From Candidatus Saccharimonadota bacterium (lineage in GTDB: Bacteria; Patescibacteriota; Patescibacteriia; 2-12-FULL-60-25), in contig CP064964.1 of NCBI GenBank assembly GCA_016699205.1, positions 1,020,001 through 1,052,000 of the forward strand: a stretch of 32,000 nucleotides of DNA, read 5' to 3'. The first letter of the stretch is position 1, and each line of letters opens with the position of its first letter. The notes under the pieces are model-generated. The model saw only the letters and a program-made list of their open reading frames with translations. It did no database searches and was not told where the DNA came from. Shown one piece after another: positions 8,380-17,296 of this stretch. The position numbers and the translations under genes are program-made.

Positions 8380-9759
8380 TTAGGTGTGGATGCGCGGCTG
8401 GCGTTTGCCGGACGGAGCTTGGATGTCAAAGCCGCGTGCTGGCTTGGCCGAGGAGTGGTTTGAGACTCCGCGCTTGATGAAGCGGTCGTCGCGGCGGGCA
8501 TTGGAGTAGCCGCTGGAGCGTTCCGAGCGGGCACCGTAGCCGGAGTTGGAGCCAAAGGAGCGCTTTTGGCCATAGGCTGGGCGCTGCGGCTCGTACTCGC
8601 GTGAAGCGGCTGGCATGGCGCGGGCCGGAGGAAGTTCCGGAAGGCGACCGACGGGCAGGGCTTTGCGGAGAATGCGTTCAATCGCTTTTACATCGCTGCG
8701 CTGGTCAAACATGGCAAAGGAAATCGCTTTACCCGATGCGCCAGCGCGTCCGGTACGGCCGATGCGGTGAACATAGTCTTCTGCAACATCTGGAAGATCG
8801 TAGTTGATAACGAGCTCGATGTTTTTGACGTCGATACCGCGGGCGGCGATGTCGGTAGCAATGAGTACGCGATATTCACCGGACTTGAATCCATCGAGAG
8901 CGCGGCGTCGCTGGGCCAACGAGCGGTCGGAGTGGATTTCTGCGGAAGCGTGACCCATCGAGCGGACAAGGCGGGCGATTTTGCTGGCGCCATGCTTGGT
9001 GCGCGAGAAGACGAGGACGGTGCCGCGATATTCTCCGAGTAATTTTTCAAGCAAGCGGGCTTTTTCATCGCGCGAGACAAAGAAGATTTCTTGATCAACT
9101 TTTTCTGCGGCGGTGCCGGCGGCGGCGACTTCTACACGGACCGGAGTCTTCATGTAGCTGTTGGCCATGCCGATGATTTCACTTGGCATGGTGGCCGAGA
9201 ACAACATCGTCTGGCGATCTTTAGGGACGGCCTGGATGATGCGGCGGATCTGCGGTTCAAATCCCATGTCGAGCATGCGGTCGGCTTCATCGAGAACAAG
9301 CGTGCGGACATCATCGAGCTTCAGGGTGCGCTGTTCGATGTGATCGTTCAAACGTCCTGGGGTACCGATAATGATATGCGGCTTGCGATAGAGCATGTTG
9401 AGCTGCATCTTCATCGAGGCACCTCCGATCAAGACCGCGGTGCGGAGATTGAGGTGGCGGCCGAGTTTGGCAAAAGACTCTTCAACCTGAAGAGCGAGTT
9501 CGCGCGTCGGCAAAATGACGAGACCGCGTCCCTTGGTGATGGCGAGGCGCTGGATCATCGGGATACCAAAAGCAAGCGTTTTGCCGGTACCTGTCTGCGC
9601 GATGCCGATAACATCTTTTCCTTCGATGGCGATCGGAATGGACTTGGCCTGGAGTGGCGTCGGCTGGTCGTAGCCATTTTTTTCCAGAGATTCAAGCAGT
9701 TTTGGTGCGATGCCGAGACCGTGAAAACCGGTCCCAGTCGCTTGGGTTTGTGGTGACAT
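8380..9759 (-). CDS. DEAD-box ATP-dependent RNA helicase (RhlE/CsdA-like) with an R/G/S-rich tail
   Basis: Q motif GYDQPTPLQ, AQTGTGKT, PTRELA, DEAD, SAT, HRIGRTGRAG. Confidence 0.93.
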   Translation of the reverse strand: MSPQTQATGTGFHGLGIAPKLLESLEKNGYDQPTPLQAKSIPIAIEGKDVIGIAQTGTGKTLAFGIPMIQRLAITKGRGLVILPTRELALQVEESFAKLGRHLNLRTAVLIGGASMKMQLNMLYRKPHIIIGTPGRLNDHIEQRTLKLDDVRTLVLDEADRMLDMGFEPQIRRIIQAVPKDRQTMLFSATMPSEIIGMANSYMKTPVRVEVAAAGTAAEKVDQEIFFVSRDEKARLLEKLLGEYRGTVLVFSRTKHGASKIARLVRSMGHASAEIHSDRSLAQRRRALDGFKSGEYRVLIATDIAARGIDVKNIELVINYDLPDVAEDYVHRIGRTGRAGASGKAISFAMFDQRSDVKAIERILRKALPVGRLPELPPARAMPAASREYEPQRPAYGQKRSFGSNSGYGARSERSSGYSNARRDDRFIKRGVSNHSSAKPARGFDIQAPSGKRQPRIHT

Positions 9760-9866
9760 TACAATGTGTCAATCGGGACCCGCTTCCTGACGGTCACTTC
9801 ATGTGACGCTTGCCTGGCACGAATCATGGGGTCCCGAGCATGTTCGGAACATCCTTTTCGATTGAG
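9760..9866 (-). promoter_or_regulatory. Long structured 5' leader of the helicase gene (about 107 nt)
   Basis: 9-bp long-range helix 9773-9781/9829-9837 enclosing hairpin GTCAC-ttcat-GTGAC (9793-9807). A second hairpin lies at 9840-9852. Confidence 0.4.
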
Positions 9867-9872
9867 GTCGCA

Positions 9873-9901
9873 AGAATACCTTATTTTGGCTAAGTTGTCA
9901 A
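9873..9901 (-). promoter_or_regulatory. Sigma70-type promoter of the helicase gene
   Basis: Minus strand reads TTGACA (9901-9896), 17 nt, TATTCT (9878-9873). Confidence 0.55.
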
Positions 9902-9920
9902 ACCTGCTATCCTACTATTC

Positions 9921-10949
9921 ATGCAAGCTACTCGTTTACAACAGATCTTTTTTTATGCGATGTTAGCGGGGATTTTGATCCTGGCTTTCATGGTCTTCCA
10001 GCCGTACTTGGTTGTATTGGCTGTTTCTGCCATGGCGGCTGTCGCTTTACGCCCTTTTTATTTACGTTTAACGGGTTTGTTACGCGGCCGCTCCGGACTT
10101 GCTGCGGTTACGACTATTCTTGTTTTCGTGGTCCTTTTGCTTATTCCTGTCGGATTGATGGGGACGCAGATCGTCCGTGAAGCCGGGGAGCTCTATCAGG
10201 AGATCCGCATGAATCGCGATGTTTATCTTCATACGATTGAGGACGTCGTGCTTGCGCCTGTTCGTATTTGGTTTCCGACGCTTGATCTCTCGCTTGATTC
10301 AGGTGTTGAGCGTGCATTGGGCTGGCTGACGCAGAATCTCGGACCAATATTTTCTGGGACGGCTAATATTCTGCTTGACTTGTTTTTGGGTATCGTTGCC
10401 TTGTTCTATTTTTTACGCGATGGAAAACGCTTTACAGAATCGTTCATGAGGCTCTCTCCTCTGCAGGATCGCCATGATCTTGTTATTATGGCTCGTCTCA
10501 CCGCTGCCGTTAATTCTGTCATTAAAGGGCAGCTGCTTATCGCCGTCATTCAAGGAGCGCTCACGGGAATTGGTTTTTGGATTTTTGGGGTGCCGAACCC
10601 AGCGCTCTGGGGAAGTATTGCTGCTGTTTGTGCTTTGGTGCCGGGCGTTGGTACGAGTTTGGTGCTTATTCCGGGAATTATTACGCTATTGGTTACAGGT
10701 CAAACTTGGCCGGCTCTTGGACTGGCGATTTGGGGCGGTTTAGCTGTCGGCTTAATTGATAACATGCTTGGTCCTTATCTTGTTGGACGCGGTGCAAATA
10801 TTCATCCGATGTGGGTTTTGTTTGGCGTGTTGGGCGGTATTTCCCTTTTTGGACCGATGGGATTCTTGCTCGGTCCGATGATTGTGAGTTTGCTTTTTGC
10901 CGTCTTTGATATTTATCGCATGGTGATTTTGCGCAGCGATCAGGAATAA
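9921..10949 (+). CDS. AI-2E family transporter (PerM/UPF0118)
   Basis: 342 aa, multi-TM, with the family-typical FYFLRDG...IKGQLLIAVIQG...ALVPGVG...GPYLVG blocks. Confidence 0.9.
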   Translation: MQATRLQQIFFYAMLAGILILAFMVFQPYLVVLAVSAMAAVALRPFYLRLTGLLRGRSGLAAVTTILVFVVLLLIPVGLMGTQIVREAGELYQEIRMNRDVYLHTIEDVVLAPVRIWFPTLDLSLDSGVERALGWLTQNLGPIFSGTANILLDLFLGIVALFYFLRDGKRFTESFMRLSPLQDRHDLVIMARLTAAVNSVIKGQLLIAVIQGALTGIGFWIFGVPNPALWGSIAAVCALVPGVGTSLVLIPGIITLLVTGQTWPALGLAIWGGLAVGLIDNMLGPYLVGRGANIHPMWVLFGVLGGISLFGPMGFLLGPMIVSLLFAVFDIYRMVILRSDQE

Positions 10950-10977
10950 AAAACATCCGCTTCGGCGGATGTTTTTT
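10948..10977. terminator. Bidirectional terminator
   Basis: A6-ACATCCGC-ttcg-GCGGATGT-T6 between convergent genes. Confidence 0.85.
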
Positions 10978-10982
10978 ATTGA

Positions 10983-11882
10983 TTATGGCTGCTTGATCAG
11001 TAGCTTTCCTTCCAACTCGGACCAAGGTAGGAAAGCCATTGGCTGGCCGGCAACATACGGAGTGATTTCATATGCATTCCAGAAGAACATGATGCCTTCG
11101 CCGGCGAGAAAGAAATTGGTAGCTGTTCCGAATTTCTCGCGCTGCTCTGCTTCCGGCATGGCTGTTGTGTTATTTACGATGCCGTTGATTTCCGTGCGGG
11201 CTTCTTCGAACAAGGCTTCTTCGTAATCCTTGAGAATATCGACGTACGCTGCTTTCATGACGGCTTGCAGTTGATCGTTCTTGATCACGTCTCCAAGCGT
11301 GAGACGTTGGCCGGTTGCAAGATCGAGTGTTACGGCTTGAATGCCTGGGTTGCCGTGCGCGCCTCCCGTGTATTGGTACGTTTCGATGGTGAGGCTCGCG
11401 TAATCGGCGTTGAGCATGTGGACGGTGAAGGTCGAGTCATCGACGTACATCATGTGTTCCACCGATTCCGGTCCAAGCTCTTGCGTCATGCTCTCGATGT
11501 CCGATCGGCACATCTCCATGAATTCTGCGCTGACTTCTTCCGGATTCAAGGCAATGGTTCCGGTGGCGGAGATGAGTCCGTAGGCGCGCATGATTTCTTT
11601 GTTGGCACGATCGAGTACCGGATTACTCGGTTGTTCTTCTGGCGTCCATGTGTGCGGCTTGGTTAATTCCGGATAGGTGAAGACAAATTGGCAGCGGTCG
11701 ACGGAGTTGTCGGACCATTTGTCGGAGAAGGTGTAGGCGGCGATACTTGGAGCGCCGGGCCAATCGCTCTTATTAATGGTTGTGGAAGGTGTGTCAGTTT
11801 TCATTCCCGGTAACTGTGGAATTTGGCAGCCAGCAGCCAAAAGGAGGGGGAGGGCTAGTAAGCCGAGGCGTGCGTGTTTCAT
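10983..11882 (-). CDS. Lipoprotein with DUF3298/DUF4163 (RsiV/PdaC-like) domain
   Basis: Signal and lipobox MKHARLGLLALPLLLAAGC. Hallmark DUF3298 motif YQYTGGAHGN. Confidence 0.85.
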   Translation of the reverse strand: MKHARLGLLALPLLLAAGCQIPQLPGMKTDTPSTTINKSDWPGAPSIAAYTFSDKWSDNSVDRCQFVFTYPELTKPHTWTPEEQPSNPVLDRANKEIMRAYGLISATGTIALNPEEVSAEFMEMCRSDIESMTQELGPESVEHMMYVDDSTFTVHMLNADYASLTIETYQYTGGAHGNPGIQAVTLDLATGQRLTLGDVIKNDQLQAVMKAAYVDILKDYEEALFEEARTEINGIVNNTTAMPEAEQREKFGTATNFFLAGEGIMFFWNAYEITPYVAGQPMAFLPWSELEGKLLIKQP

Positions 11883-11913
11883 ATGTGGCGCATCTTAATA
11901 TATGATAGGCCGG

Positions 11914-12498
11914 ATGTCTCGCAAGAAGTGGCTCAAGTTTCTGACGACCTTTATTTTGGGTCTGGTGGCCTTGGCGTGGCTCCGGGTCGACTCTGCAGAA
12001 CTCCCTGCCGATATTGCTCCGGATATTCAGGAAGAGGTGGTGGTCGAGGAGCCTGAGCTTGCGGTTACATCGACGAATGCTTTGGCGATACGTGCGGTTG
12101 ATGGAGATACGATTGAGGTACAGCTTGATGGATCTGCGGATAAGGTAAAAGTGCGATTGCTTGGCGTAGATACTCCGGAATCGGTTGATCCGAGACGTCC
12201 GGTTGAGTGTTTTGGAAAAGAAGCATCCAAATTCACGGCGTCGCTTGTTGATGGGAAACGTATTCGACTTGTCGCCGATCCAAAAGCCGATGAAGTTGAT
12301 AAGTATGGAAGATTGCTACGGAATGTTATTCTGGCTGATGGAAAAGATTTGAACGCGACATTGATTAGCGAAGGTTACGCGAATGCTTATCTATCTTTTC
12401 CTTTGGATAAAACGCGAAAAGCACAGCTGACTGTGTTAGAACGTGAAGCAAAAGAAGCGCAGCGCGGTTTATGGAATCCTGAAACATGTTCCAAATAA
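11914..12498 (+). CDS. Membrane-anchored/secreted thermonuclease (SNase family)
   Basis: N-terminal TM, then VDGDTIEV...RLLGVDTPE...GKEA...DKYGRLL. Start moved from 11902 to 11914 because 11902 lies inside the -10 box TATGAT. Confidence 0.88.
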   Translation: MSRKKWLKFLTTFILGLVALAWLRVDSAELPADIAPDIQEEVVVEEPELAVTSTNALAIRAVDGDTIEVQLDGSADKVKVRLLGVDTPESVDPRRPVECFGKEASKFTASLVDGKRIRLVADPKADEVDKYGRLLRNVILADGKDLNATLISEGYANAYLSFPLDKTRKAQLTVLEREAKEAQRGLWNPETCSK

Positions 12499-12499
12499 T

Positions 12500-13045
12500 A
12501 TGAGAATGCCTTCACCACCAATTGCAAGAATCGGAATGGGAGCTACCGCGCTGGTTGGCGCATTTGCGTCGGCTTACTTACTTGATGTTTATCTGACGGG
12601 CGGACCGATTGTATGTGGTGCGGCTCAATCCGGATGCGACGCGGTGCGAGCATCCGGTTATGCGTATGTGTTTGGTTTGATTCCTCGTCCTGCGCTTGGT
12701 TTACTTTTTTACGGAATGATTTTTTGTTTGCTGGTGACTCGATCTGCGACGCAGGCGCATGCACTTAGGCTGCGCCAGCTTTCCTATTTTTTGGCTGCGT
12801 TTGGTGTTTTTGAATCCGTATATCTCATTCTTGTTCAGGCGCTCGTTATCGAAGCGTTTTGTCTGTGGTGTTTGATGTCTGGGGCGGCAGCCTTTTTCAT
12901 TGGCGGATTGGCGATTTTAGATCGGCCTGAACGGCATCATGAAATGTCATCGTTCAGAGAAATGCGAGCGTATTTGGTGATGTTTCTGGTTTATGCACCT
13001 TTGGCCGCTGGTTTGTTTTGGTGGTTGACGCGGATCGCGCATTAG
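12500..13045 (+). CDS. Vitamin K epoxide reductase (VKOR) family protein
   Basis: Loop cysteines VCGAAQSGCDAV and active-site CLWC, with 4-5 TM. Start is 1 nt after the nuclease stop (track ORF 12443 trimmed). Confidence 0.85.
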   Translation: MRMPSPPIARIGMGATALVGAFASAYLLDVYLTGGPIVCGAAQSGCDAVRASGYAYVFGLIPRPALGLLFYGMIFCLLVTRSATQAHALRLRQLSYFLAAFGVFESVYLILVQALVIEAFCLWCLMSGAAAFFIGGLAILDRPERHHEMSSFREMRAYLVMFLVYAPLAAGLFWWLTRIAH

Positions 13046-13082
13046 GGCAAGTTTCGGCTCGGTCCTTTTGATTGGAGGAAAA

Positions 13083-13919
13083 ATGACGACGACGGATGTC
13101 GCTTTGTGTGATTTGGATGGAACGCATTTCCGCAAAACGCTCGAGGTCTCGCTCGCGGATCATCTGATCTCGAGCGGTCTGGTCGAGGCTTCAGCCTTTG
13201 CCAAGAGCCGCGTGTTCTACGATGCTTGGAAGCGCCGTGATCTCGACTACCCGCAGCTGACCGACGCGCATTGGCGCGAGGTCTCGGAGGCCTTCAAAGG
13301 GCTTCCGGTGGATGCGGTTCGCGATGTCGCACGCCAGATGATCGAGGAGATCGGTGCGAATGTCTACGTCTTCATGCGCGAGCTCATGAAGTCGCTGCAC
13401 GCGTGCAAGTACAAGGTGATCGGTGTCAGCGGTTCCAACCAGGAGACGGTCGAGATCTTCGGCCAAGCTCATGGCTACGACCGCGTGATCGGTACCGAGT
13501 ATGCGCGCGAGAACGGTATCTACACCGGCGGCGTGGCCTATTGGCCGGGCGAGAACAACAAGCACGACATCGCCAAGAAGCTGCTCGCCGAGTACGGCGC
13601 GTCTCCGGAGCGCTCGATCGCCATCGGCGACACGGTCAATGACTTCGGTATGCTGCAGAGCGTCCGTTATCCGATCGCTTTCAACGCGACGCGCGAGCTC
13701 GAGAAGCTCGTACGCGAGTCGTCGAGCGAGTGGAGCCGCAACATCGGTATGGTGACGGAACGCAAGAACCGTCTCCGTATCGAGAAGTTCTATCCCGATC
13801 AGCGTTCTCGGCCGCGCGCCTGCGAGTGCACGCTCGAGGACATGCTGCCCAAGGACGTCGCCGAGGAGCTCAAGAGCCGACTCGGCCCCATGTGCGCCTA
13901 CGATACCAAATGGCCCTAA
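13083..13919 (+). CDS. HAD-superfamily hydrolase (subfamily IB/SerB-like), GC-rich cassette A
   Basis: Motifs CDLDGT, GVSGS, GDTVND. GGAGGA SD lies 4 nt upstream. C/G-ending codons differ from neighbouring genes. Confidence 0.85.
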   Translation: MTTTDVALCDLDGTHFRKTLEVSLADHLISSGLVEASAFAKSRVFYDAWKRRDLDYPQLTDAHWREVSEAFKGLPVDAVRDVARQMIEEIGANVYVFMRELMKSLHACKYKVIGVSGSNQETVEIFGQAHGYDRVIGTEYARENGIYTGGVAYWPGENNKHDIAKKLLAEYGASPERSIAIGDTVNDFGMLQSVRYPIAFNATRELEKLVRESSSEWSRNIGMVTERKNRLRIEKFYPDQRSRPRACECTLEDMLPKDVAEELKSRLGPMCAYDTKWP

Positions 13920-13922
13920 TCC

Positions 13923-13956
13923 AAGGCCCCCGAAACTCGGGGGCCTTGTTCGTTTC
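13923..13956 (+). terminator. G/C-rich terminator of cassette A
   Basis: AAGGCCCCCG-aaact-CGGGGGCCTT followed by GTTCGTTTCT. Confidence 0.8.
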
Positions 13957-13982
13957 TGTACGGGAGCCTAGGCTCGTTTTAT

Positions 13983-15470
13983 ATGCAGATTTTTATCGAG
14001 AAAGGACTTGCGCCAGCCAAAGGCTTTGATCTTTTGGTGTATCCGGTTTTACGCAAGCAATCCTTGGCTAAGCTGGTGGATCGATCTATTGCTGCTTTTG
14101 CCGAGCAGGAAGGTTTTGAGGGCGGAGCTGGCGAGTGGCTTTGCGTCCCAATGCTCAATGGTGAGAAATCGACAAAGATCGCTTTTCTGGGAATGGGGGA
14201 TAAGCGTGGGATTGAGGAAGATTCTTATCGACGATTAGGCGGACAATTGGCTAAGCGCATCAAAGAGGCAAAGGCCAAGAATGTTGCCGTGTCTTGGGAA
14301 TCGGTTGCGTCTCTTGGAGTTTCTGGCCGCGATGCGATGCGCGCGTTTATGGAGGGATTGAGGCTCGGCGGTTATGTTTTTCATGCGTATCATCCGGAAC
14401 ATAAAGAAAAGCATCGCAAGAATGCAGCTAAATCGGTGGGTGTTTTTGTCGATAACACGCTTATCGCGACCGCGATGCAGCGCGGATTGGAGGAGGCCGA
14501 GTCGCTTGCAGCCGGCGTGCATCTGACGCGCGATCTCGTGAATACGCCTTCCATGGATATGGCGCCGCAGCATATGGCGGATGCGGCTGATGAGGTCGCG
14601 CGTTTGTCCAAACGAATTAAAATAAAACATCTCGACAAGTCGAGAATGGAGCGCATGGGAATGGGGGCGGTTCTTTCTGTTGCACAAGGCTCGCTGCATG
14701 AACCGAAAGGCGTGCACTTGATTTATACGCCGTCGGGAAAAGCGAAGCGTAAGATTGTGATTGTTGGAAAGGCTGTGACGTTTGATTCTGGTGGACTTTC
14801 GATTAAGCCGGCAGATGGAATGATGACGATGAAGATGGATATGGCTGGCGGTGCAACGGTTATCGGATTATTTCGTGCGCTCGCTAACATCGAAGTTGAT
14901 GCGGAGGTTCATGGAATTTTTTTCGCGGTCGAGAATATGCCGTCGGGAAGCGCGTATCGACCTGGCGATGTGGTGACGGCGATGGATGGAACGACGATCG
15001 AGATTTTAAATACGGATGCAGAAGGACGTGTGACGCTTGCTGATGCGCTGGCTTATGCGAAGACGCTTGAACCGGACGCTATTATCGATTTAGCGACGCT
15101 GACAGGTGCTTGTATCGTTGCGCTGGGAGAAGAGATTGCTGGTGCGATGGGAAATGATCGAAAGCTTGTGGATAAACTTATTGGTTACGGAAAACAGACC
15201 GGCGAGCCTTTGTGGGAATTGCCGATGCATCCTTCTTATGAAGAGCATGTGAAGTCGAGAATCGCCCATCTCAAGAATATTGGCTCACGAGGTCAAGCGG
15301 GGGCTATTGCTGGTGCAATGTTCTTGAAGCGTTTTGTCGGCGATACGCCTTGGGTACATCTCGATATTGCCGGACCAGCTTACGCGGAACGTGAGTTGCG
15401 TCCGGATTCGCCCCCCGGTGGAACCGGTTTCGGTGTTCGATTATTGATGAGATATCTACAGGGTCTGTAA
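13983..15470 (+). CDS. pepA: Leucyl aminopeptidase (M17)
   Basis: VGKAVTFDSGGLSIKP, NTDAEGRVTLADAL; 495 aa. Confidence 0.93.
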   Translation: MQIFIEKGLAPAKGFDLLVYPVLRKQSLAKLVDRSIAAFAEQEGFEGGAGEWLCVPMLNGEKSTKIAFLGMGDKRGIEEDSYRRLGGQLAKRIKEAKAKNVAVSWESVASLGVSGRDAMRAFMEGLRLGGYVFHAYHPEHKEKHRKNAAKSVGVFVDNTLIATAMQRGLEEAESLAAGVHLTRDLVNTPSMDMAPQHMADAADEVARLSKRIKIKHLDKSRMERMGMGAVLSVAQGSLHEPKGVHLIYTPSGKAKRKIVIVGKAVTFDSGGLSIKPADGMMTMKMDMAGGATVIGLFRALANIEVDAEVHGIFFAVENMPSGSAYRPGDVVTAMDGTTIEILNTDAEGRVTLADALAYAKTLEPDAIIDLATLTGACIVALGEEIAGAMGNDRKLVDKLIGYGKQTGEPLWELPMHPSYEEHVKSRIAHLKNIGSRGQAGAIAGAMFLKRFVGDTPWVHLDIAGPAYAERELRPDSPPGGTGFGVRLLMRYLQGL

Positions 15471-15502
15471 GAGCGTGGTATACTGGGATCGAAAATAAAT
15501 AT

Positions 15503-15757
15503 ATGACTGTCAAAGTGTATTCGACCCCGACTTGCCCTTACTGCAAATTGGCAAAAGATTATCTGAAGGAAAAAAATATCGCTTTTGAGGATATTGATGT
15601 TGCTGCTAATTCTGACTCCGCTCAGGAGATGGTGAAGAAGTCCGGACAAATGGGCGTGCCGGTGCTCGAGATCAATGGACAAATTATTGTTGGATGGAAT
15701 AAGTCGGCGATCGAAGAGGCGCTCGCGACCAAGTCAAAAGCAAAAGTCGCGGCTTAA
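15503..15757 (+). CDS. Glutaredoxin-like protein (NrdH/YruB type)
   Basis: 84 aa with a CPYC active site in a thioredoxin fold and a GVPV cis-Pro region. Confidence 0.88.
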   Translation: MTVKVYSTPTCPYCKLAKDYLKEKNIAFEDIDVAANSDSAQEMVKKSGQMGVPVLEINGQIIVGWNKSAIEEALATKSKAKVAA

Positions 15758-15788
15758 AAAAAACATCCCCGTTCGGGGATGTTTTTTT
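15756..15788. terminator. Bidirectional terminator
   Basis: A8-ACATCCCC-gttc-GGGGATGT-T7. The T-tract overlaps the bcp stop. Confidence 0.85.
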
Positions 15789-16239
15789 AAGCTTCTTTGA
15801 ATGCTTTAAGGATCTCGTTTGTTCGCGGAAGTCCTTGGCGATAGTAGATGATGCGGCCTTCTTGATTGATACCGACAACGGTACGTCTGACAATTTTGGC
15901 GATGAGCAAGTCTTGTTCGGCGTCGTATGCTTTTGCGATTTTGCGGCCTTCATCGACCAAGAGCGGGAAGGGGAATTCGTGTTTATTGCTGAAGGCGGCG
16001 TGAGAGCTCATGTCTGCGGGATTGATTCCAAAGACCTGGATGCCAGCTTTTTCAAAATCGTTCCAGTCATCGCGGATGGCACAGAGCTGAATGGTGCAGC
16101 CCGGAGTTTGGTCGCCAGGGTAAAAAATGAGGACAACCGGGCCTGTGGACAAAGCTGATTCCAATGCAACGATGTTACCGTTTTGGTCCTTCAATGAGAA
16201 GGCTGGAGCCTTGCTGCCGATGCTCGGAGTTTTTCCCAT
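15787..16239 (-). CDS. bcp: Thiol peroxidase Bcp/PrxQ (peroxiredoxin)
   Basis: FYPGDQTPGCTIQLC active-site block; 150 aa. Confidence 0.9.
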   Translation of the reverse strand: MGKTPSIGSKAPAFSLKDQNGNIVALESALSTGPVVLIFYPGDQTPGCTIQLCAIRDDWNDFEKAGIQVFGINPADMSSHAAFSNKHEFPFPLLVDEGRKIAKAYDAEQDLLIAKIVRRTVVGINQEGRIIYYRQGLPRTNEILKAFKEA

Positions 16240-16324
16240 AGGTAGGAGATAGTATGCCGGAAAAACGGAGAACTGTCATGGAGTTTGACGATCGGCTGTT
16301 TTCAAGAAAAGATACCCGTCATCT

Positions 16325-17296
16325 ATGCGCTTTTCCCGATTGTTAGCCGGTTTTGCCTTGGTCGCCCTTATGGGTGCTGGCTGCGATTGGCGCACCTTGC
16401 CGTTAGTGGAGCGTTTTGCGCCTGCATCGACTTCTACCGTTGCACTTAGCGGAACGCCGCTTGAGGCGGCGAAGGCTATTCAGTTCTTGCCTGGCGATAC
16501 ATTTGAAGTGCGACAAACGGTTTTTGGATTCGGTGCCTTTCTTCCTGATTTGCTCGGAAGCAAGGATGGCGTACGTATGGTGACGATTACGCGTTTTGCG
16601 CCAGCGAACTTTGCAAATTTTTCTTGGAGCGTGACGACGGAAAAAGAAACCAAGGCTTCGCTTGATGCACGAGCTGCCTATGAGCGCGACTTGGAACAGA
16701 ATCCTCGTGGAATCGGAGAGAAGGTTGCGGTGCCTCCTGTTCCCCAGATGGAGCGCGTAACGGCGAGTGGAACGGTCATGGATGTTTCTTTGAAGACGCC
16801 GCATAGCGCTTATCTTCCTGCATACTGGAGCCCTGGTTTGAATAGTTTGATGAATGAGAAGAGCGGCATCTGGCTTTCAGAAGATGCGTTTATGGAATTG
16901 GTGCGCACGCGCCACACGATTTTGAATCTTGGTGTTTTTGATGCGGAAGCAAATCAGGCTGCTAAAAATGTTGCTGATTTGAAAACGACGCTGGATCGCC
17001 TACGTAAGCAAGCAAATGAGGATGGCCAGTTTCAGGATCTGACATTGCTTGAGGCAGAGCCGGATTTTATCGAGTATCCGCTAGAAGTGAATGGACGAAC
17101 GGTCATGGTCTCGGCGATCAAAGCGAAGAATTGGTTTGGTGAAGTGATCATCTTGAACAGCGCGCAGAACCCGATGATTCTCAAAGTGACGATGAATCCG
17201 CTTGCAGCGAGTGCGAGCGATGCGATTGGCGGAAATGTTGCCTTGCTCGACAAGATGTACGGATACGAGATCTCCAATATCCAGCTCAAGCGCTAA
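16325..17296 (+). CDS. Hypothetical secreted protein or lipoprotein (323 aa)
   Basis: Signal peptide MRFSRLLAGFALVALMGAGC (lipobox-like). No family recognised. Confidence 0.75.
   Translation: MRFSRLLAGFALVALMGAGCDWRTLPLVERFAPASTSTVALSGTPLEAAKAIQFLPGDTFEVRQTVFGFGAFLPDLLGSKDGVRMVTITRFAPANFANFSWSVTTEKETKASLDARAAYERDLEQNPRGIGEKVAVPPVPQMERVTASGTVMDVSLKTPHSAYLPAYWSPGLNSLMNEKSGIWLSEDAFMELVRTRHTILNLGVFDAEANQAAKNVADLKTTLDRLRKQANEDGQFQDLTLLEAEPDFIEYPLEVNGRTVMVSAIKAKNWFGEVIILNSAQNPMILKVTMNPLAASASDAIGGNVALLDKMYGYEISNIQLKR

Noticed and set aside
9091-9756. 221-aa + strand ORF antisense to the helicase, and the similar long + strand ORFs 17554-18778 antisense to era and its neighbour
   Set aside because: They lie opposite genes with unmistakable motifs. 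Their length is explained by the C/A-ending codon bias of minus-strand genes, which removes stop codons from the antisense frames.
11902-11913. Track start codons 11902 (nuclease), 21741 TTG (trmH-like), 22198 (GT28), 23354 TTG (GT2), 12443 (VKOR), 13068 (HAD) and 24032 (Rieske)
   Set aside because: In each case a downstream ATG sits directly after the preceding stop codon, or after an SD or -10 box, and removes an overlap with the upstream gene. The longer versions are likely ORF-caller extensions.
13191-14029. Overlapping ORFs 13191-13565 (-), 13271-13642 (+), 13501-13755 (+) and 13730-14029 (+)
   Set aside because: They are R/A/S-rich shadow frames of the GC-rich HAD gene. The HAD frame carries the catalytic motifs, SD and terminator.
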